A stretch of 63,350 nt of DNA, filler included, from Octopus bimaculoides (Eukaryota): assembly GCF_001194135.2 (NCBI RefSeq). It is 6 parts of 3 records of this genome, joined end to end, with 100 filler letters (N's around TTAATTAATTAA, not from the genome) between each part and the next. Parts side by side here need not be neighbours in the genome. Positions count along the whole stretch, not along the records: positions 1 to 17,887 come from NC_068989.1; 5 more parts are not named here. One strand, 5' to 3'. How positions within the stretch are numbered: position 1 is the stretch's first letter; each line of letters begins with the position of its first letter. Below are positions 1 to 13,341 of this stretch, one piece after another. The notes under the pieces were generated by a model, which ran no database searches, had not been told where the DNA came from, and was given only the letters and a program-made list of their open reading frames with translations. The translations under genes were made by a program, and so were the position numbers.

Positions 1-289
1 GAAGCATGTTGCACGAGTGTTGTGCGTGCAAGGAACTGTGTGAATAGTCAGGGAAAAAAAAGGAAAAAAAATAATAAAATAAAGGTGCCAGCGATAGATT
101 GGGGCTTGTGGGGTCGGAGCGTGGCCTGATCATCGCTTCATTCGTGTTGTCTAATGTACTGTTAATGTCATTCGATTTTTTATATTTTATATAATTTTTA
201 AAGTCATATTTTATGTAAACCATACGCATTACTGATCCCAATCAGTTGTTTTGTACCATTCTGTGTTTAGCCCCCTGTGGACAATAAAG

Positions 290-494
290 AAATTGGTATT
301 TCGACTGTCACTCCGTTCTGAGTTTAAATTCCATTGAGGTCGACTTTGCCTTTCACCCCTTCGGGGTCGATTAAATAAGTACCAGTTATGCACTGGGTCG
401 TTGTAATCGACTTAATCCCTTCCCCCAAATTTCAAACCTTGTGCCTTTAATAGAGAGGATTATCATTATTAGCCTTATACCTTCAAGAGAAAGG

Positions 495-544
<50 letters not shown>

Positions 545-1508
545 GTTGTTGTTGTTGTTGTTGTTTTTTCTTCTTTCTTCAAATTTTCTTCCATTTCTCG
601 CCGAGTGTTTTCCGTACACCCAGGGCAGAGAAGCTCATTGTATGCATTCCCAGTTTACACACGCAAATTCATAGGTANNNNNNNNNNNNNNNNNNNNNNN
701 NNNNNNNNNNNNNNNNNNNNNNNNNNNNNNNNNNNNNNNNNNNNNNNNNNNNNNNNNNNNNNNNNNNNNNNNNNNNNNNNNNNNNNNNNNNNNNNNNNNN
801 NNNNNNNNNNNNNNNNNNNNNNNNNNNNNNNNNNNNNNNNNNNNNNNNNNNNNNNNNNNNNNNNNNNNNNNNNNNNNNNNNNNNNNNNNNNNNNNNNNNN
901 NNNNNNNNNNNNNNNNNNNNNNNNTATTATTATTATTATTATTATTATTATGGTGGTGAGCTAGTAGAATCGTTAGCACGCCGGGCAAAATGCTCTGCGG
1001 CATTTCGTCCGTCCTTACGTTTTGAGTTCAAATTCCGCCGAGGTCGACTCTGCTTTTCATCCTTTCGGGGTCGATAAAATAAGTACCAGTTACGTACTGG
1101 GGTCGATGTAATCGACTAGCCCCCCTCTCCCAAAATTTCAGGCCTTGTGTCTATAATAGAAAGGATTATTAATTATTATTAGACCGATAGAATAAGTACT
1201 AGGCCTACAAAGAATAAGTCCTGGGGTCGATTTGCTCGACCAAAGGCGGTGCTTCAGCATGGCCACAGTCAAATGACTGAAACAAGTAAAAGAGGGTATC
1301 GAGCTGGTAGAATCGTAAGCACAACAGGCAAAATGCTTAGGGGCATTTCGTTCGTCTGCACGTTCTGAGTTCTAATTCCACCAAGGTCGACTTTACCTTT
1401 CAGCCTTTTGGGGTCGATAAATTAAGTACCCACGAAATACTCGGGTCGATGTAATCGTCTAGTCCTCTCCCCACAAATTTCAGGCCTTGTGTCTTTAACA
1501 GAATGGTC

Positions 1509-1548
<40 letters not shown>
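290..1548 (+). mobile_element. Cluster of family-A tRNA-SINEs (about 290-475, 952-1180, 1301-1548) with (TTA)n tails, plus a family-C module at 1181-1295
   Basis: Consensus gagctgg.agaatcgttagcac...gttctgagttcaaattccgccgaggtcgactttgcctttcatcctttcggggtcgataaaataagtaccag...aaatttcaggccttgtg, then (tta)n. The central part resembles the Meta-type SINE domain (from memory). Confidence 0.85.
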
Positions 1549-3879
1549 GCTCTTCTTCTTCTTCTTCTTCTTCTTCTTCTTCTTCTTCTCCATCTTCTCT
1601 CTTCTTATCCTTCTTCTCTTCCTCCTTCTCCTCCTCCGTCTTCTATTTTTGTTGTTGATATTATTTTCCCAATACTGTTATTTGCTACGTCACTACATTA
1701 TTTTCCCAATGCTGTTATTTGCTACGTTGTGTCTTCATAAGTTTCACACGTTTTCTGTTTTGGCCCTAAAACATTATTTTGTCATTTTAATTCTATTCCA
1801 GAACTGAAAAGCGTGCCTTTTATTCTTAAAAAAATCCATATTTTACTTTTAAAAAACGAATTCTAAGAATGCGATAAAAACGTTCACTGTGACGGAAAAG
1901 AGGAAAATCACAAGTTATGCAAAAAGCAAAGGAAAGCGTTCCACAGCTCAGCTTGACAAAAATTGTATTACGACGACCATGGTAACAAGTACTGACGTCA
2001 CTACCATACTGGCTTTCTACTGCTACAATGTTGTCATTGCATGAAGACGAGAATAGCTATTGCATATGCGGCAACAGTAAATAAATAACAACAGCAACAA
2101 CAGTAGCTGCAACAACAATGACAGAAGCAACAATATGGGCAGCAACAACACTGTTTCTACTGTTTGTAAAAACAGTAGAAAGAAAAAAGAAAAATACTCA
2201 ATTTCTCAGCAGAATACATTTCTTCCACAAGAAGCAAATGACCTTGTTACTGAGAAAATAACATAATTTTTAACAATTTAAATGACTCGATTAACAAAAT
2301 AACAATAGCAGTAGTAATATCACACCAACATGCTTTCTTCGAAATGGTGTTCGAATTCAGAAAAAGGGAATTCGTTTCCACCCTTCCGGTCCTACCTTAA
2401 ATTGATGGGCAAAGGTATAGATGTCTGCTTGGCATTCCTATATGACAAAGACAGGTGCATCTATACCTCAGTTCTTTATCAAACAACGGGATAAAAGTAT
2501 GTAATTTATTTCAACATTATCTTACAAGATACAGAGGAGCTTTCTCACGCCCATGATAAAGCAATGATAAGCAGTTCTGGGCAATGTGTGGAATAACATA
2601 TCTTCTGCCGGAAAATACTATGGAAACATATTCAAAGCGAAGTACAAGTAGAAAAACTAAGTATCTGTTCAGACGCTTGTACCCCAATACTTGGAACAAT
2701 GCAACACACGGGTTACAGCATAGAATAGTGATTTTTGTTTTGTTTTGTTTTTTGTTTTTTACCCCAATGGTGCAAAACTGTTAGGTGGTAAGCGTTGAAT
2801 TAATTAAAAACAACACATTATCAGGAGTTCAAATTCCGTCCCACCCCCGCGCCTCCGAAGAACAATTTCACTGAATGAGCAGAATGACAGAAAACTCAGG
2901 TGATACACTTGTGGCAGTAAGAGCTTTCGTCTCTGAGGAACTAGAAAAACAAAAGGAAGGTAATAATATAAATAGCAAGTCTTGGGAACTGCTATTCCAG
3001 CAACATCGCAAGTCACAACTCCGGAGACGTCGGAAGAGATAGATTTGTCGTCAGTTCCTAGAGCTGGCAGAATGCCAAGGAATCCCTTCCTCTAGCCATA
3101 CCCAGCAGCATTGCTCTATTGTCCTGTAACTATGAGAAGGAGATGGAAAATGAACATGAATCGAAGGTTGCTAAAGACCTCGATAAAAGCAGGAAATAGA
3201 AACACACACACACACTTCTGTGCTATAAAAAAGTCGAGCAAAAATTTGTATAAAACGTATTTCCTTTCACGATCACCTCGGTCTGTATGAAATCCACAGT
3301 TATTTATACATGAAAAAGAAAAGGAAATAGAAACGGAGAACTAAACAAACTGAAAGAAATAGAAAAGAATTGATTGATGTGAAGACGGGCTTTGATTTTA
3401 CAGAATGATAAACTGCGAATAAAAACTACATTAATAATCTAGGATCAACTAATGTGCAACTACCAAGGGGACACGGGAGATTTTTTAAATCTTGTTTGAT
3501 ACTAAAAGTGTTCTCGAACACCTTCAGTTGTATCAGTTGAATCAGTTTCGAGGTGTGGCTGGCGTGACTGGCCGAGCATAACGGTTTTTCATTCAAATTG
3601 AGTGAGTTACTAATTTATGCTTCTCGTGTTTTGATATCTCGTTCTTAATATTATTTTATGTTTTTTTTTTTATATATACAATCGAATACGTACTAGGTAC
3701 TTTCTTTAATATATGTGAAAAATTTTAATATGTTCAGAGAATAATGTTCATCCCCTTTTATTTTATGTGGTGTCCATCCCAACACGTTTGTCTATGTTTT
3801 ACATTCTTGTGTGTTAATGGATTCTTAGTCGCAAATAAATCAAACGTTTACAGTTGTTATTCTTATTTCTTATTCATTA

Positions 3880-4100
3880 AGGCGACCTACGAGTAGAACT
3901 GTTAACGCTAGACAAAATTCTTAGCGCTATTTCTTACGGCATTTTACGTTCTGGGTTCAAATTCTGCCGAGGTTGACTTTGTCTTTCATCCATTCGAGAT
4001 AGATAAAATAAGTACCAGTTACGTACTGGGGTCGATGTAATCGGCTAGCCCCTTCCACCAAGATTTCAGGCCTTGTACCTAAAATAGGTTTAGTATTATT
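3880..4100 (+). mobile_element. Family-A SINE
   Basis: gttctgggttcaaattctgccgaggttgactttgtctttcatcc...aagtaccagttacgtactggggtcgatgtaatcg. Confidence 0.8.
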
Positions 4101-5731
4101 ATCGACTCTTTGATAAATTAAGTAAATTCCGACTTCAGTAAGATTTGAACTCAGAACAAAAAGAAGGATAACTAAATAATACCTGGTATATTTTTCTTGC
4201 ATTCTGTAAATTCTGTCATTCAATGTCTTATCGGTGATAGACTCTATCTGTCGCCTACTTTAACACCAGTGCCTGGCTCTTGGCTACTACTGGATACCGT
4301 TTGTACTCAGTTGCAAAAATTTCGTTTACGTCTCCCGTATGAACATGATTTTCCCCTTCCGTTACCAGTCTCTTAAGTCCCCAAAAGGGTCATGGACACG
4401 GCCCTTCCTTGTCTAAGTCATAAAAACAAAGTAATGTTAGAATTGCAGTGCTATTTTTCTGACCTGGCGGCCATCTTTATATTACTAACGTTCAGTCGTC
4501 TGTTTGTCTGGTTGTGTATTCATGTATATTTACGTAAAACGTATAGAGTGGCAATGAAATGTTTCGATGAGTGCACTTTTAATCATATGCCTTTTTGCAT
4601 TAAATAATTTCCAGTATATTTGTGGTCCGGGGAACATTCAAAATAGATTCCGCCGCCCCTTTTCTAATATTTATCAACGAGGAAAAGAAACTTTCCTCAA
4701 ATTATGGCAAGCAGACAATTAGTAAACGTGAGCGGACAGAAGGGAAATACAGATATACAAACAAAAAATAGATATACACATACAGGGCTTAGACTCATTA
4801 ATAATACATACGTACCAAATACACACACTTCAGTCAGAGAATGCGTGCTTACATACAAAATTTACATACAAAATTTACATATATTTGTAAATGAAAACGA
4901 TTTGAAAAAATAGACTATTTATTCTACATCATCCTAAGAGAACTAATTTCTTCTGTCTTTCCCATGTAATTTAAAGTGTTATAAATCAAATTTTTTTGTT
5001 TTCAAAGTTTAAGTCGCAAGGAGATGCATGTACCTCCCCCCCTCTCTCTCTCTCTCTCTCTCTTTTCTCTCTTTATTTCCCTCTCCCCTCTCCCTCTCTC
5101 TTACTTTCTTGCTATTCCTCTCCCTTTTTGTGGGTGTGCATATATATATATGCATATNNNNNNNNNNNNNNNNNNNNNNNNNNNNNNNNNNNNNNNNNNN
5201 NNNNNNNNNNNNNNNNNNNNNNNNNNNNNNNNNNNNNNNNNNNNNNNNNNNNNNNNNNNNNNNNNNNNNNNNNNNNNNNNNNNNNNNNNNNNNNNNNNNN
5301 NNNNNNNNNNNNNNNNNNNNNNNNNNNNNNNNNNNNNNNNNNNNNNNNNNNNNNNNNNNNNNNNNNNNNNNNNNNNNNNNNNNNNNNNNNNNNNNNNNNN
5401 NNNNNNNNNNNNNNNNNNNNNNNNNNNNNNNNNNNNNNNNNNNNNNNNNNNNNNNNNNNNNNNNNNNNNNNNNNNNNNNNNNNNNNNNNNNNNNNNNNNN
5501 NNNNNNNNNNNNNNNNNNNNNNNNNNNNNNNNNNNNNNNNNNNNNNNNNNNNNNNNNNNNNNNNNNNNNNNNNNNNNNNNNNNNNNNNNNNNNNNNNNNN
5601 NNNNNNNNNNNNNNNNNNNNNNNNNNNNNNNNNNNNNNNNNNNNNNNNNNNNNNNNNNNNNNNNNNNNNNNNNNNNNNNNNNNNNNNNNNNNNNNNNNNN
5701 NNNNNNNNNNNNNNNNNNNCCCCAAAAAAAA

Positions 5732-5794
<63 letters not shown>

Positions 5795-6344
5795 AATAAA
5801 TATAAATCAATAAAACTGGAAGGTTCTTTAGCAATTCTTTAGTTGGTCACTGGCGTATCTCTATCGATTTCGAAATATTTCGCAGATCAATATAACCGCT
5901 GAACTAAACGTTTGCCTCTCTTTTCTGTTCATCTTCTTTACCATCTTTCACCTCGTTACTTAGCCCCTTCCCATTTCCAACTTCTGCTTTTTGCGTGTGT
6001 GTGTTCTTCTATTCGTCTCTTTTTTTTTCTCTTACTAACAATTATAGTTCTTTGAATTAATCAGAATTGATGTCTTTAACAAAAATCAAAGAATCAAAAA
6101 TAATTATTTTATAACATTGTTGTCATTTCGTTTCTTCTAAAACTCGCCTCTCTCATCCCTTTAATTCTTTCTTGTTGATTTCCTTTATTTCATTCATTCA
6201 TTCATTCATTCGTTCGTTCGTTCGTTCGTTCGTTCGTTCGTTCTTTCTTTCCTTTTTCTGTTTTTTTTTTTTTTACGCACTTCTTTTCTTCATCTGTTTA
6301 GATATTTAGCTTTGTTGCTTTTGCTTGTTTTCGTTTCAACAAAA

Positions 6345-7218
6345 CTATTGATTTCCAAATTAGGTACAAGGCCACATAAGGGCTACAATCAGTATAATCG
6401 ACCTCATTTCGTTGACTATTGCTTTATTATATTACCCTCCCCACCACTACCTATCAATGAAAGAGTAAGAAAAATGAAACAAATTTGACCTTACCGAGAT
6501 TTTAACTGAAACATAAAAGAATGCATACATAAATTCTGTTCTACTTTTTGTCTGGTTCCCTATTGATTTCTGTCTTCTGCCATCCTTCATTTAAACGATG
6601 ATAAACCCTTTATACTATAGACTCGAGGTTTGAAATTTTGGGGGAAGGGACTAGTTAATTACATCGACTCCAGTGCAAAACTGGTATTTATTTATCGACG
6701 CGACAGGCAAAATCGACCTCTGCGGAATTTGAACGGAAAACGTAAAGTACCAGAAGAAATGCCGCAAAGCATTTTGCCTAACGAGCTAACGACTCTGCCA
6801 GCTCGCTGCATTCTTTTAAGCGATAATATTGGTTTCTCATTTTGTTTTCTGGCTTAAGTACAAAACCAACAATTTTGAGAAGATACCATTAATCCCAATA
6901 TTTGACTAATACTTCATTTTATTGATTCTGAAAGGATTAAAAACAAAGTTGACCGCGGCATGGTTAGAACTCGGTATGTAAAAAGCCAGAAGAAATACCA
7001 AAAAGCAGTTTTCTGACGCACTAACGATTCTGCCAATTTAAGAACAAGGCCAGGGATTTTGAGAAGGGGTTAGTTGAAACAGTCGATTCAAGTACGTGCG
7101 AGATGCTTTACTTTATCAACCCCACGAAGGATGAACAGCAAAGTTAATCTCGGCATGATTTGAACTCAGAGCATAAAGAGCATTTTTTCCGACACTCTAA
7201 CGATTCTGCCAGTTCGTC
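6345..7218 (-). mobile_element. Four tandem, variably decayed family-A SINEs on the minus strand
   Basis: Recurrent ggtac/tttatcga...ggatgaa..gcaaagt.ga.ct.ggc..aattgaact and ctaacgattctgcca near 6790, 7020 and 7198. Confidence 0.8.
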
Positions 7219-8269
7219 AGATTTCTAAACTAGTGACAATGCTTGATGTTGTAGGAGAGGGTTTTATCGATTTGTCTTCTTCAATTCGGACATTATTGAA
7301 CTATTCTTAGGATATGATCTGGTGTCATGATCTCTACTTACAGCAGAAAATAAAACCTTGTTATATCAAATCTGCAAGCCAGCATTAATATGTCTTTGTA
7401 GTTGTTTTATTTATTTCCACCAATGCCCTTTGGAAAGGTATGAATGCCTCAATCTCTATTCTGACTTTCCACAGGTAAAGCTCAGAAATATAGCATTTCC
7501 AGAATGTGCCTATATTTTACCTATTGGCACTTTAAGAAAAAAGAGCCTGTCTTTAATGTTCCTCTTTTTTTTCTTTTAGTTGTTATCGAAACATTCTTTG
7601 CAGAAAATTTCAGGAGTTTTAGTCCATTTTAGCTTTCATAACTTTGTCTATGGACAGTGCTCGACAAATTGAGAAATTAATTTGTGAACGATTATGTTTA
7701 CAAACAAATGAAAACATACGCATTATATAGTATAGAGTTTGTATATTTTATTTTAGAAATTGAAGTTCCTTAAATCGTTACTCTGAGTTTACCGTGGCTG
7801 ATTATTCAAAAACAATAAAGGGAGTAGCATGACACTATATAAAGAATATATCNNNNNNNNNNNNNNNNNNNNNNNNNNNNNNNNNNNNNNNNNNNNNNNN
7901 NNNNNNNNNNNNNNNNNNNNNNNNNNNNNNNNNNNNNNNNNNNNNNNNNNNNNNNNNNNNNNNNNNNNNNNNNNNNNNNNNNNNNNNNNNNNNNNNNNNN
8001 NNNNNNNNNNNNNNNNNNNNNNNNNNNNNNNNNNNNNNNNNNNNNNNNNNNNNNNNNNNNNNNNNNNNNNNNNNNNNNNNNNNNNNNNNNNNNNNNNNNN
8101 NNNNNNNNNNNNNNNNNNNNNNNNNNNNNNNNNNNNNNNNNNNNNNNNNNNNNNNNNNNNNNNNNNNNNNNNNNNNNNNNNNNNNNNNNNNNNNNNNNNN
8201 NNNNNNNNNNNNNNNNNNNNNNNNNNNNNNNNNNNNNNNNNNNNNNNNNNNNNNNNNNNNNNNNNNNGG

Positions 8270-8515
8270 AGAACCCTGCTGTACTCTTTCACCACAACTT
8301 TCTCTCACTCTTACTTTCTGTTTCTGTTGTGCCTGTAATTCAAAGGGCCAGCCTTGTCACACTGTGTCACGCTGAATATCCCTAAGAACTACGTTAAGGG
8401 TACACGTGTCTGTGGAGTGCTCAGCCACTTACACGTTAATTTCACGAGCAGGCTGTTCCGTTGATCGGATCAACTGGAACCCTCGACGTCGTAAGCGACG
8501 GAGTGCCAACAACGA
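8270..8515 (+). mobile_element. Family-E SINE body (second copy on minus at about 35215-35400)
   Basis: cacgctgaat.tccc..agaactac.ttaagggtacacgtgtctg...ttaatttcacgagcaggctgttccgttgatcg. The reverse complement recurs at 35255-35375. Confidence 0.7.
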
Positions 8516-8654
8516 TATATTACTTTTACAGATCCCAAACTTAATCTTCTTACCGATCACAAATGTAAATTTATAACTCCCGGAAAAAAATAAAATGGGT
8601 ATAGTTAGTAAAAATATTTTAGATTCTAAATTTTTTAGTATTAAATAGGTCATA

Positions 8655-9105
8655 AAGCAGCGAGCTGGCAAAATCGTTACCACACTGGATAAAATGCTTA
8701 TTGAAATTTCGTCCCGTTTTTTACGTTCTGAGTCTAGTGCCACCAAGGTCAACTTTGCATTTCATCCTTTTGGGGTCGATAAAATTAGTACTAGTCATGT
8801 ACTGGAGGTCAATGTAATCGACTTACCCCCTCCCCCGAAATTGCTGACTTTGTACCAAAATCTGAAATCGATATTAAATAGGTCACTGGCGGCGAGCTGG
8901 TAGAATCGTTACCACGCAAGACAAAATGCTCAGCGGCATGTCTTTCGACTTTACATTCTGAGATCAAATGCAACAGGGGTTGACTTTACCTTTCATCCTC
9001 TCGAGGTCGACAAAATAAGTACCAGTTAAGCACTGGGTCGATGTAATCATCTTACCCCTGCCCCAAAATTGCTAGTCTTGTGCCAAAATTTAAAACCAAT
9101 ATTAA
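8655..9105 (+). mobile_element. Two head-to-tail family-A SINEs
   Basis: gcgagctggcaaaatcgtta (about 8660) and gcgagctggtagaatcgtta (about 8891), each with the full body. Confidence 0.85.
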
Positions 9106-9534
9106 ATGGATCACTTCTCTGTCATTATGATAGCTTATCAGTAATTAAGTAGTTCAATAACATAGATAATAAGCACCTTTGAAAATTTACGTTTTACGAT
9201 AAAGTTCTAACTGTCTGTATCTATAAATCTTTTTGAGGAAAATGCTTTAGAAATCGACAAAGATTTTGTTCCAATTAATGATTCTGGCATGAATCTTATT
9301 ATGCTGCAAGAAAAGTTTTGCTATTTCACGACAATTCCTTTTAGTTAAACGTCATGACCAGATTTATTTAATGTAGCCATGAGATCATACAATAGAATTG
9401 AGGTTCGTGAATTGGTGGAACTGTACAGCTTAGACTCAATTCAAAAGAGATTTCGATAAGCCAAGTTGAGTTTTTATTGTAATTGTAAAAGTTTGCAACT
9501 TAGAATGGACGATGTTAGGAAGTGTTTCATCAAC

Positions 9535-9905
9535 GTGACTGTGTGGTACGAAATTTGCTTCCCAATCACATGTTTCGGGGTTCTGTCTTACTGCGCGGTA
9601 CCTCGGACAAGTGTCTTCTGCTATAGCCTCGGGCCAACAAAGGTCTTGTGAGTGAATTTGGTAGAGGAAAACCGAGGGAAGCCTGTCTTATGTGTGTGTT
9701 TCTTTGTATATGTGTTTGTTCCCCACAACCGCTTAACAACTGGTGTTAGTGTGTTTACGTCCCCGTAACTTAGCGGTTCGGCAAAACAAACCGGTAGAAT
9801 AAGTACCAGGCTTACAAAACAAGAAGCACTGGGGCTGATTCGTTCGACTAAAATTCTTAAAAGCAGCGCTCCAGCATGGCCACAGTCTATGAAAGATAAA
9901 AGAAA
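9535..9905 (+). mobile_element. Composite B-C SINE (tRNA head, CORE-like segment, internal microsatellite, C module)
   Basis: gtgtggta.gaa...caagtgtcttctgctatagcctcgggcc...(tg)n...gtttacgtccccgtaacttagcggttcggcaaa...ctccagcatggccacagtc. Confidence 0.8.
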
Positions 9906-10604
9906 ATATATTAATATTGAGTATTCAGGCGCACGAGGGGTTGTGTGGTTCTGNNNNNNNNNNNNNNNNNNNNNAGACAGAAACTGAAAGAAGCTCGTCG
10001 GAGGGAAGGGAGGGAGAGGTGGTAGTGAGTGAAATGTATGGCTTTTTTTTTTCAACTAAGAATTTTTTTCTCCGTTACTTAGCCGTGATTAGTTAAAGGG
10101 AAAGGTGATGAGCGAAAGAAAAAAAGAGAAAGAAAAGGAAGTAAAGCGAAGAGTGAGAGAGAACGAAGGAGAGTGTTGTGTATTAATGCTATAAAATTGT
10201 ACATAAAGTATATAAAGTGTATATATGAAGTGCATTAAGTTATCATCGTATTCCAATTTCCTTCACTTTTCAATGATTAGCAGATGAGTGACTATCTTTT
10301 TAGACAGGCATAACACGGGCTACGCTTTCAGGTTTTTTGGAAAAAGTTTTCAGAAATAACCCAAGTTTACCATTAATTCCGTGAAATATTCACGGGTCCT
10401 GCAGGTACTTAATATTAGTTTATAGAACAAATGATAGCTTAGATCTTCTTTGCAAACAAAACTTAAACAAAAATCTATACAGGTCTTTCTGAAAAATAAA
10501 CTCATTAAAATGTTCTTACAACATGTTTACATTTTCACAGTTACAAGTAAGCTTCACCACGTCACAACCAAAAGATATCTAAAGTTTCAAGAATTACAAT
10601 ATTC

Positions 10605-11020
10605 CTTTCTACTATAGGCAAAGGGCCTGAAAGTTTGTGGGAATGGGGTGACTAGTCAATTTCATGGACCCGAGTGCTTAACTGGTACTTATTTTATCAA
10701 TCCCGAAAGGATGAATGGCAAAGTCGACTTCGACTCAGAATGTGAAGACGGATGAAATACCGCTAAGCATTTTGCCTGGCGTTCTAACGATTCTGCCGGT
10801 TCGTCGCCTTAATTATCTTTTCTATAATAGGCACAAGGCCTGAAATTTGGAAGGGAGAAGGATAGTCGATTACATCTACCCCAGTGTTCAACTGGTACTT
10901 ATTTTATTGACTTCATAAGGATGAAAGGCAAAGTCAACCACGGCGGAATTTGAACTCAGAACGGAAAGACGGACGAAATGCCGCTAAGAATTTCGTCCGG
11001 CGTGCTAACGATTCTGCCAC
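10605..11020 (-). mobile_element. Two head-to-tail family-A SINEs on the minus strand
   Basis: Each reads ggcctgaaa.tt...actggtacttattttat...aaggatgaa.ggcaaagtc.ac...gaactcagaa...ctaacgattctgcc. Confidence 0.85.
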
Positions 11021-11310
11021 ATGCCGTTCGCATTAATGACTTCAGAAGGTGTGATCTTTTTCTCTCACCATATTATCAACTTTGCAATTTTGAATAAAAG
11101 ATCGGACTTGGAGAATTCAAATCTTAATGACTAATCGTACATTCTTGTGTCTACGAATATTTTTGCTTCTAAGTAGTCTTGTTGCATTCCTTCTTCAATT
11201 AATTTAACAATCAGCGACATGAAACTCAGAATAATTATTCTGCTTATAAAATTTACAAACTCTATGTATTAAATACTATTCTCATTTTTATAAACACGCC
11301 TATACATACA

Positions 11311-11341
<31 letters not shown>

Positions 11342-11389
11342 CATGTATGTATGTATATAGGCAGACGGACATACCAACAGACAGACATG

Positions 11390-11457
<68 letters not shown>

Positions 11458-12225
11458 CCGGATTAATGGATTAAACAACATTATTTAAAACCTCACATAG
11501 TTACATCCGTACGACATTGATATGATGATACAATTAACATATTTTGAAATCACTTTCATCCATTAAAGATGTAAAATACGTTTCTTCAGGTGATTATGTA
11601 TGTCTATAANNNNNNNNNNNNNNNNNNNNNNNNNNNNNNNNNNNNNNNNNNNNNNNNNNNNNNNNNNNNNNNNNNNNNNNNNNNNNNNNNNNNNNNNNNN
11701 NNNNNNNNNNNNNNNNNNNNNNNNNNNNNNNNNNNNNNNNNNNNNNNNNNNNNNNNNNNNNNNNNNNNNNNNNNNNNNNNNNNNNNNNNNNNNNNNNNNN
11801 NNNNNNNNNNNNNNNNNNNNNNNNNNNNNNNNNNNNNNNNNNNNNNNNNNNNNNNNNNNNNNNNNNNNNNNNNNNNNNNNNNNNNNNNNNNNNNNNNNNN
11901 NNNNNNNNNNNNNNNNNNNNNNNNNNNNNNNNNNNNNNNNNNNNNNNNNNNNNNNNNNNNNNNNNNNNNNNNNNNNNNNNNNNNNNNNNNNNNNNNNNNN
12001 NNNNNNNNNNNNNNNNNNNNNNNNNNNNNNNNNNNNNNNNNNNNNNNNNNNNNNNNNNNNNNNNNNNNNNNNNNNNNNNNNNNNNNNNNNNNNNNNNNNN
12101 NNNNNNNNNNNNNNNNNNNNNNNNNNNNNNNNNNNNNNNNNNNNNNNNNNNNNNNNNNNNNNNNNNNNNNNNNNNNNNNNNNNNNNNNNNNNNNNNNNNN
12201 NNNNNNNNNNNNNNNNNNNNNNNNN

Positions 12226-13155
12226 CCGTTTTGCACAGAATTTATCCGCGTATGACCAACAATTACGAAAAACTAAGCAGAAAATCGGTTTTTTACCCTT
12301 AAATCGTTTATTTTTGACTGAACATGAGGGCTCAGCTTCTCGGTGACAACTTATCGGGTGACTTCTCCAAGCAGCTTCTCACCGTTGGTGATGGCACAGT
12401 TCTCTCCGTTACAGCTGGAGAGATGGCTGTCTCACACGTAGGCCCACCTGTGGACTCTGTTGACGACCTTAAGACCGCTGTTTTTCTCGATCTGCACATA
12501 AACTACCGAAACCTGAATTGGCTATGCGAAAGAGCCATTTTAGCTCCCAAAAATACATTTGTTGCGAAACTCAATGAAGACCTACTGCAAAACCTTCCTG
12601 GAAAGCTTCACACCTACAAGTCTGTGGACACTGTTGTGGACCAAGAAGAGGACGTTAATTTTCCCACAGAATTCCTCGATTCCTTGGGCCACTCTGGACT
12701 ACCGCTTCAACTGCACCTCAAAATTGGAGCTCCTATCATGCTGGAGCCACCACGTCTGTGCAACGGAACGCGGTTAGTGGTAAAAAATGAGCTATCCCAT
12801 GTTTTTGGAGCAACAATTCTTATGGGTTGTGGCATCGGAGATGTCTTTATACCCAGGATAAGCAATGCCCCTGTCCCTTGCGTTGCCTTCAGCTCCCTTT
12901 TCTACTTTGCTTTGCCATGTCCATCAACAAGTCCCAAGGCCAAACACTAACAATGACAGGCCTCCATTTAGGCCAACTATGCTTCTCGCACTGTCCCTGA
13001 ATAAGGGCTGTTTAAGGTTAAGAAGCAAGCTTATTACCACACACCCACTCCTGCGCCTATGATTTGATATCAAACCATGTTACATGTACTTTCACAATTT
13101 TATTCCATTCATGATCACAACTGCCCGACGAACGGGAAAGTGAAACTTTGAGTAG
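12226..13155 (+). mobile_element. Degraded Helitron RepHel fragment (PIF1-like helicase C-terminal part), frameshifted
   Basis: ORF 12324-12950 has MRAQL...FSKQLLTVGDG, LCERAILAPKN, PTEFLDSL..SGLP..L.LKIGAPIML, LCNGTRLVV and VFIPRI. Another frame (12908-13000) has CFAMSINKSQGQTL...GLHL..LCFSH. A possible 3' hairpin cccgacgaacggg lies near 13122-13135. Confidence 0.9.
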
Positions 13156-13261
13156 CAATTTTCGTGATGTTTTTGCAGTTTTAATTTTTAAAAAAGCATA
13201 TTACTCTACTTTCGGATTTGAGTACTATTTTTCCACCTTGTTTCGCATTTATGTGCTTACT

Positions 13262-13341
<80 letters not shown>

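Noticed and set aside
2884-3042. Short ORF MTENSGDTLVAVRAFV...RRRRKR*
   Set aside because: Only about 52 codons, no homology recognised, no splice or promoter support.
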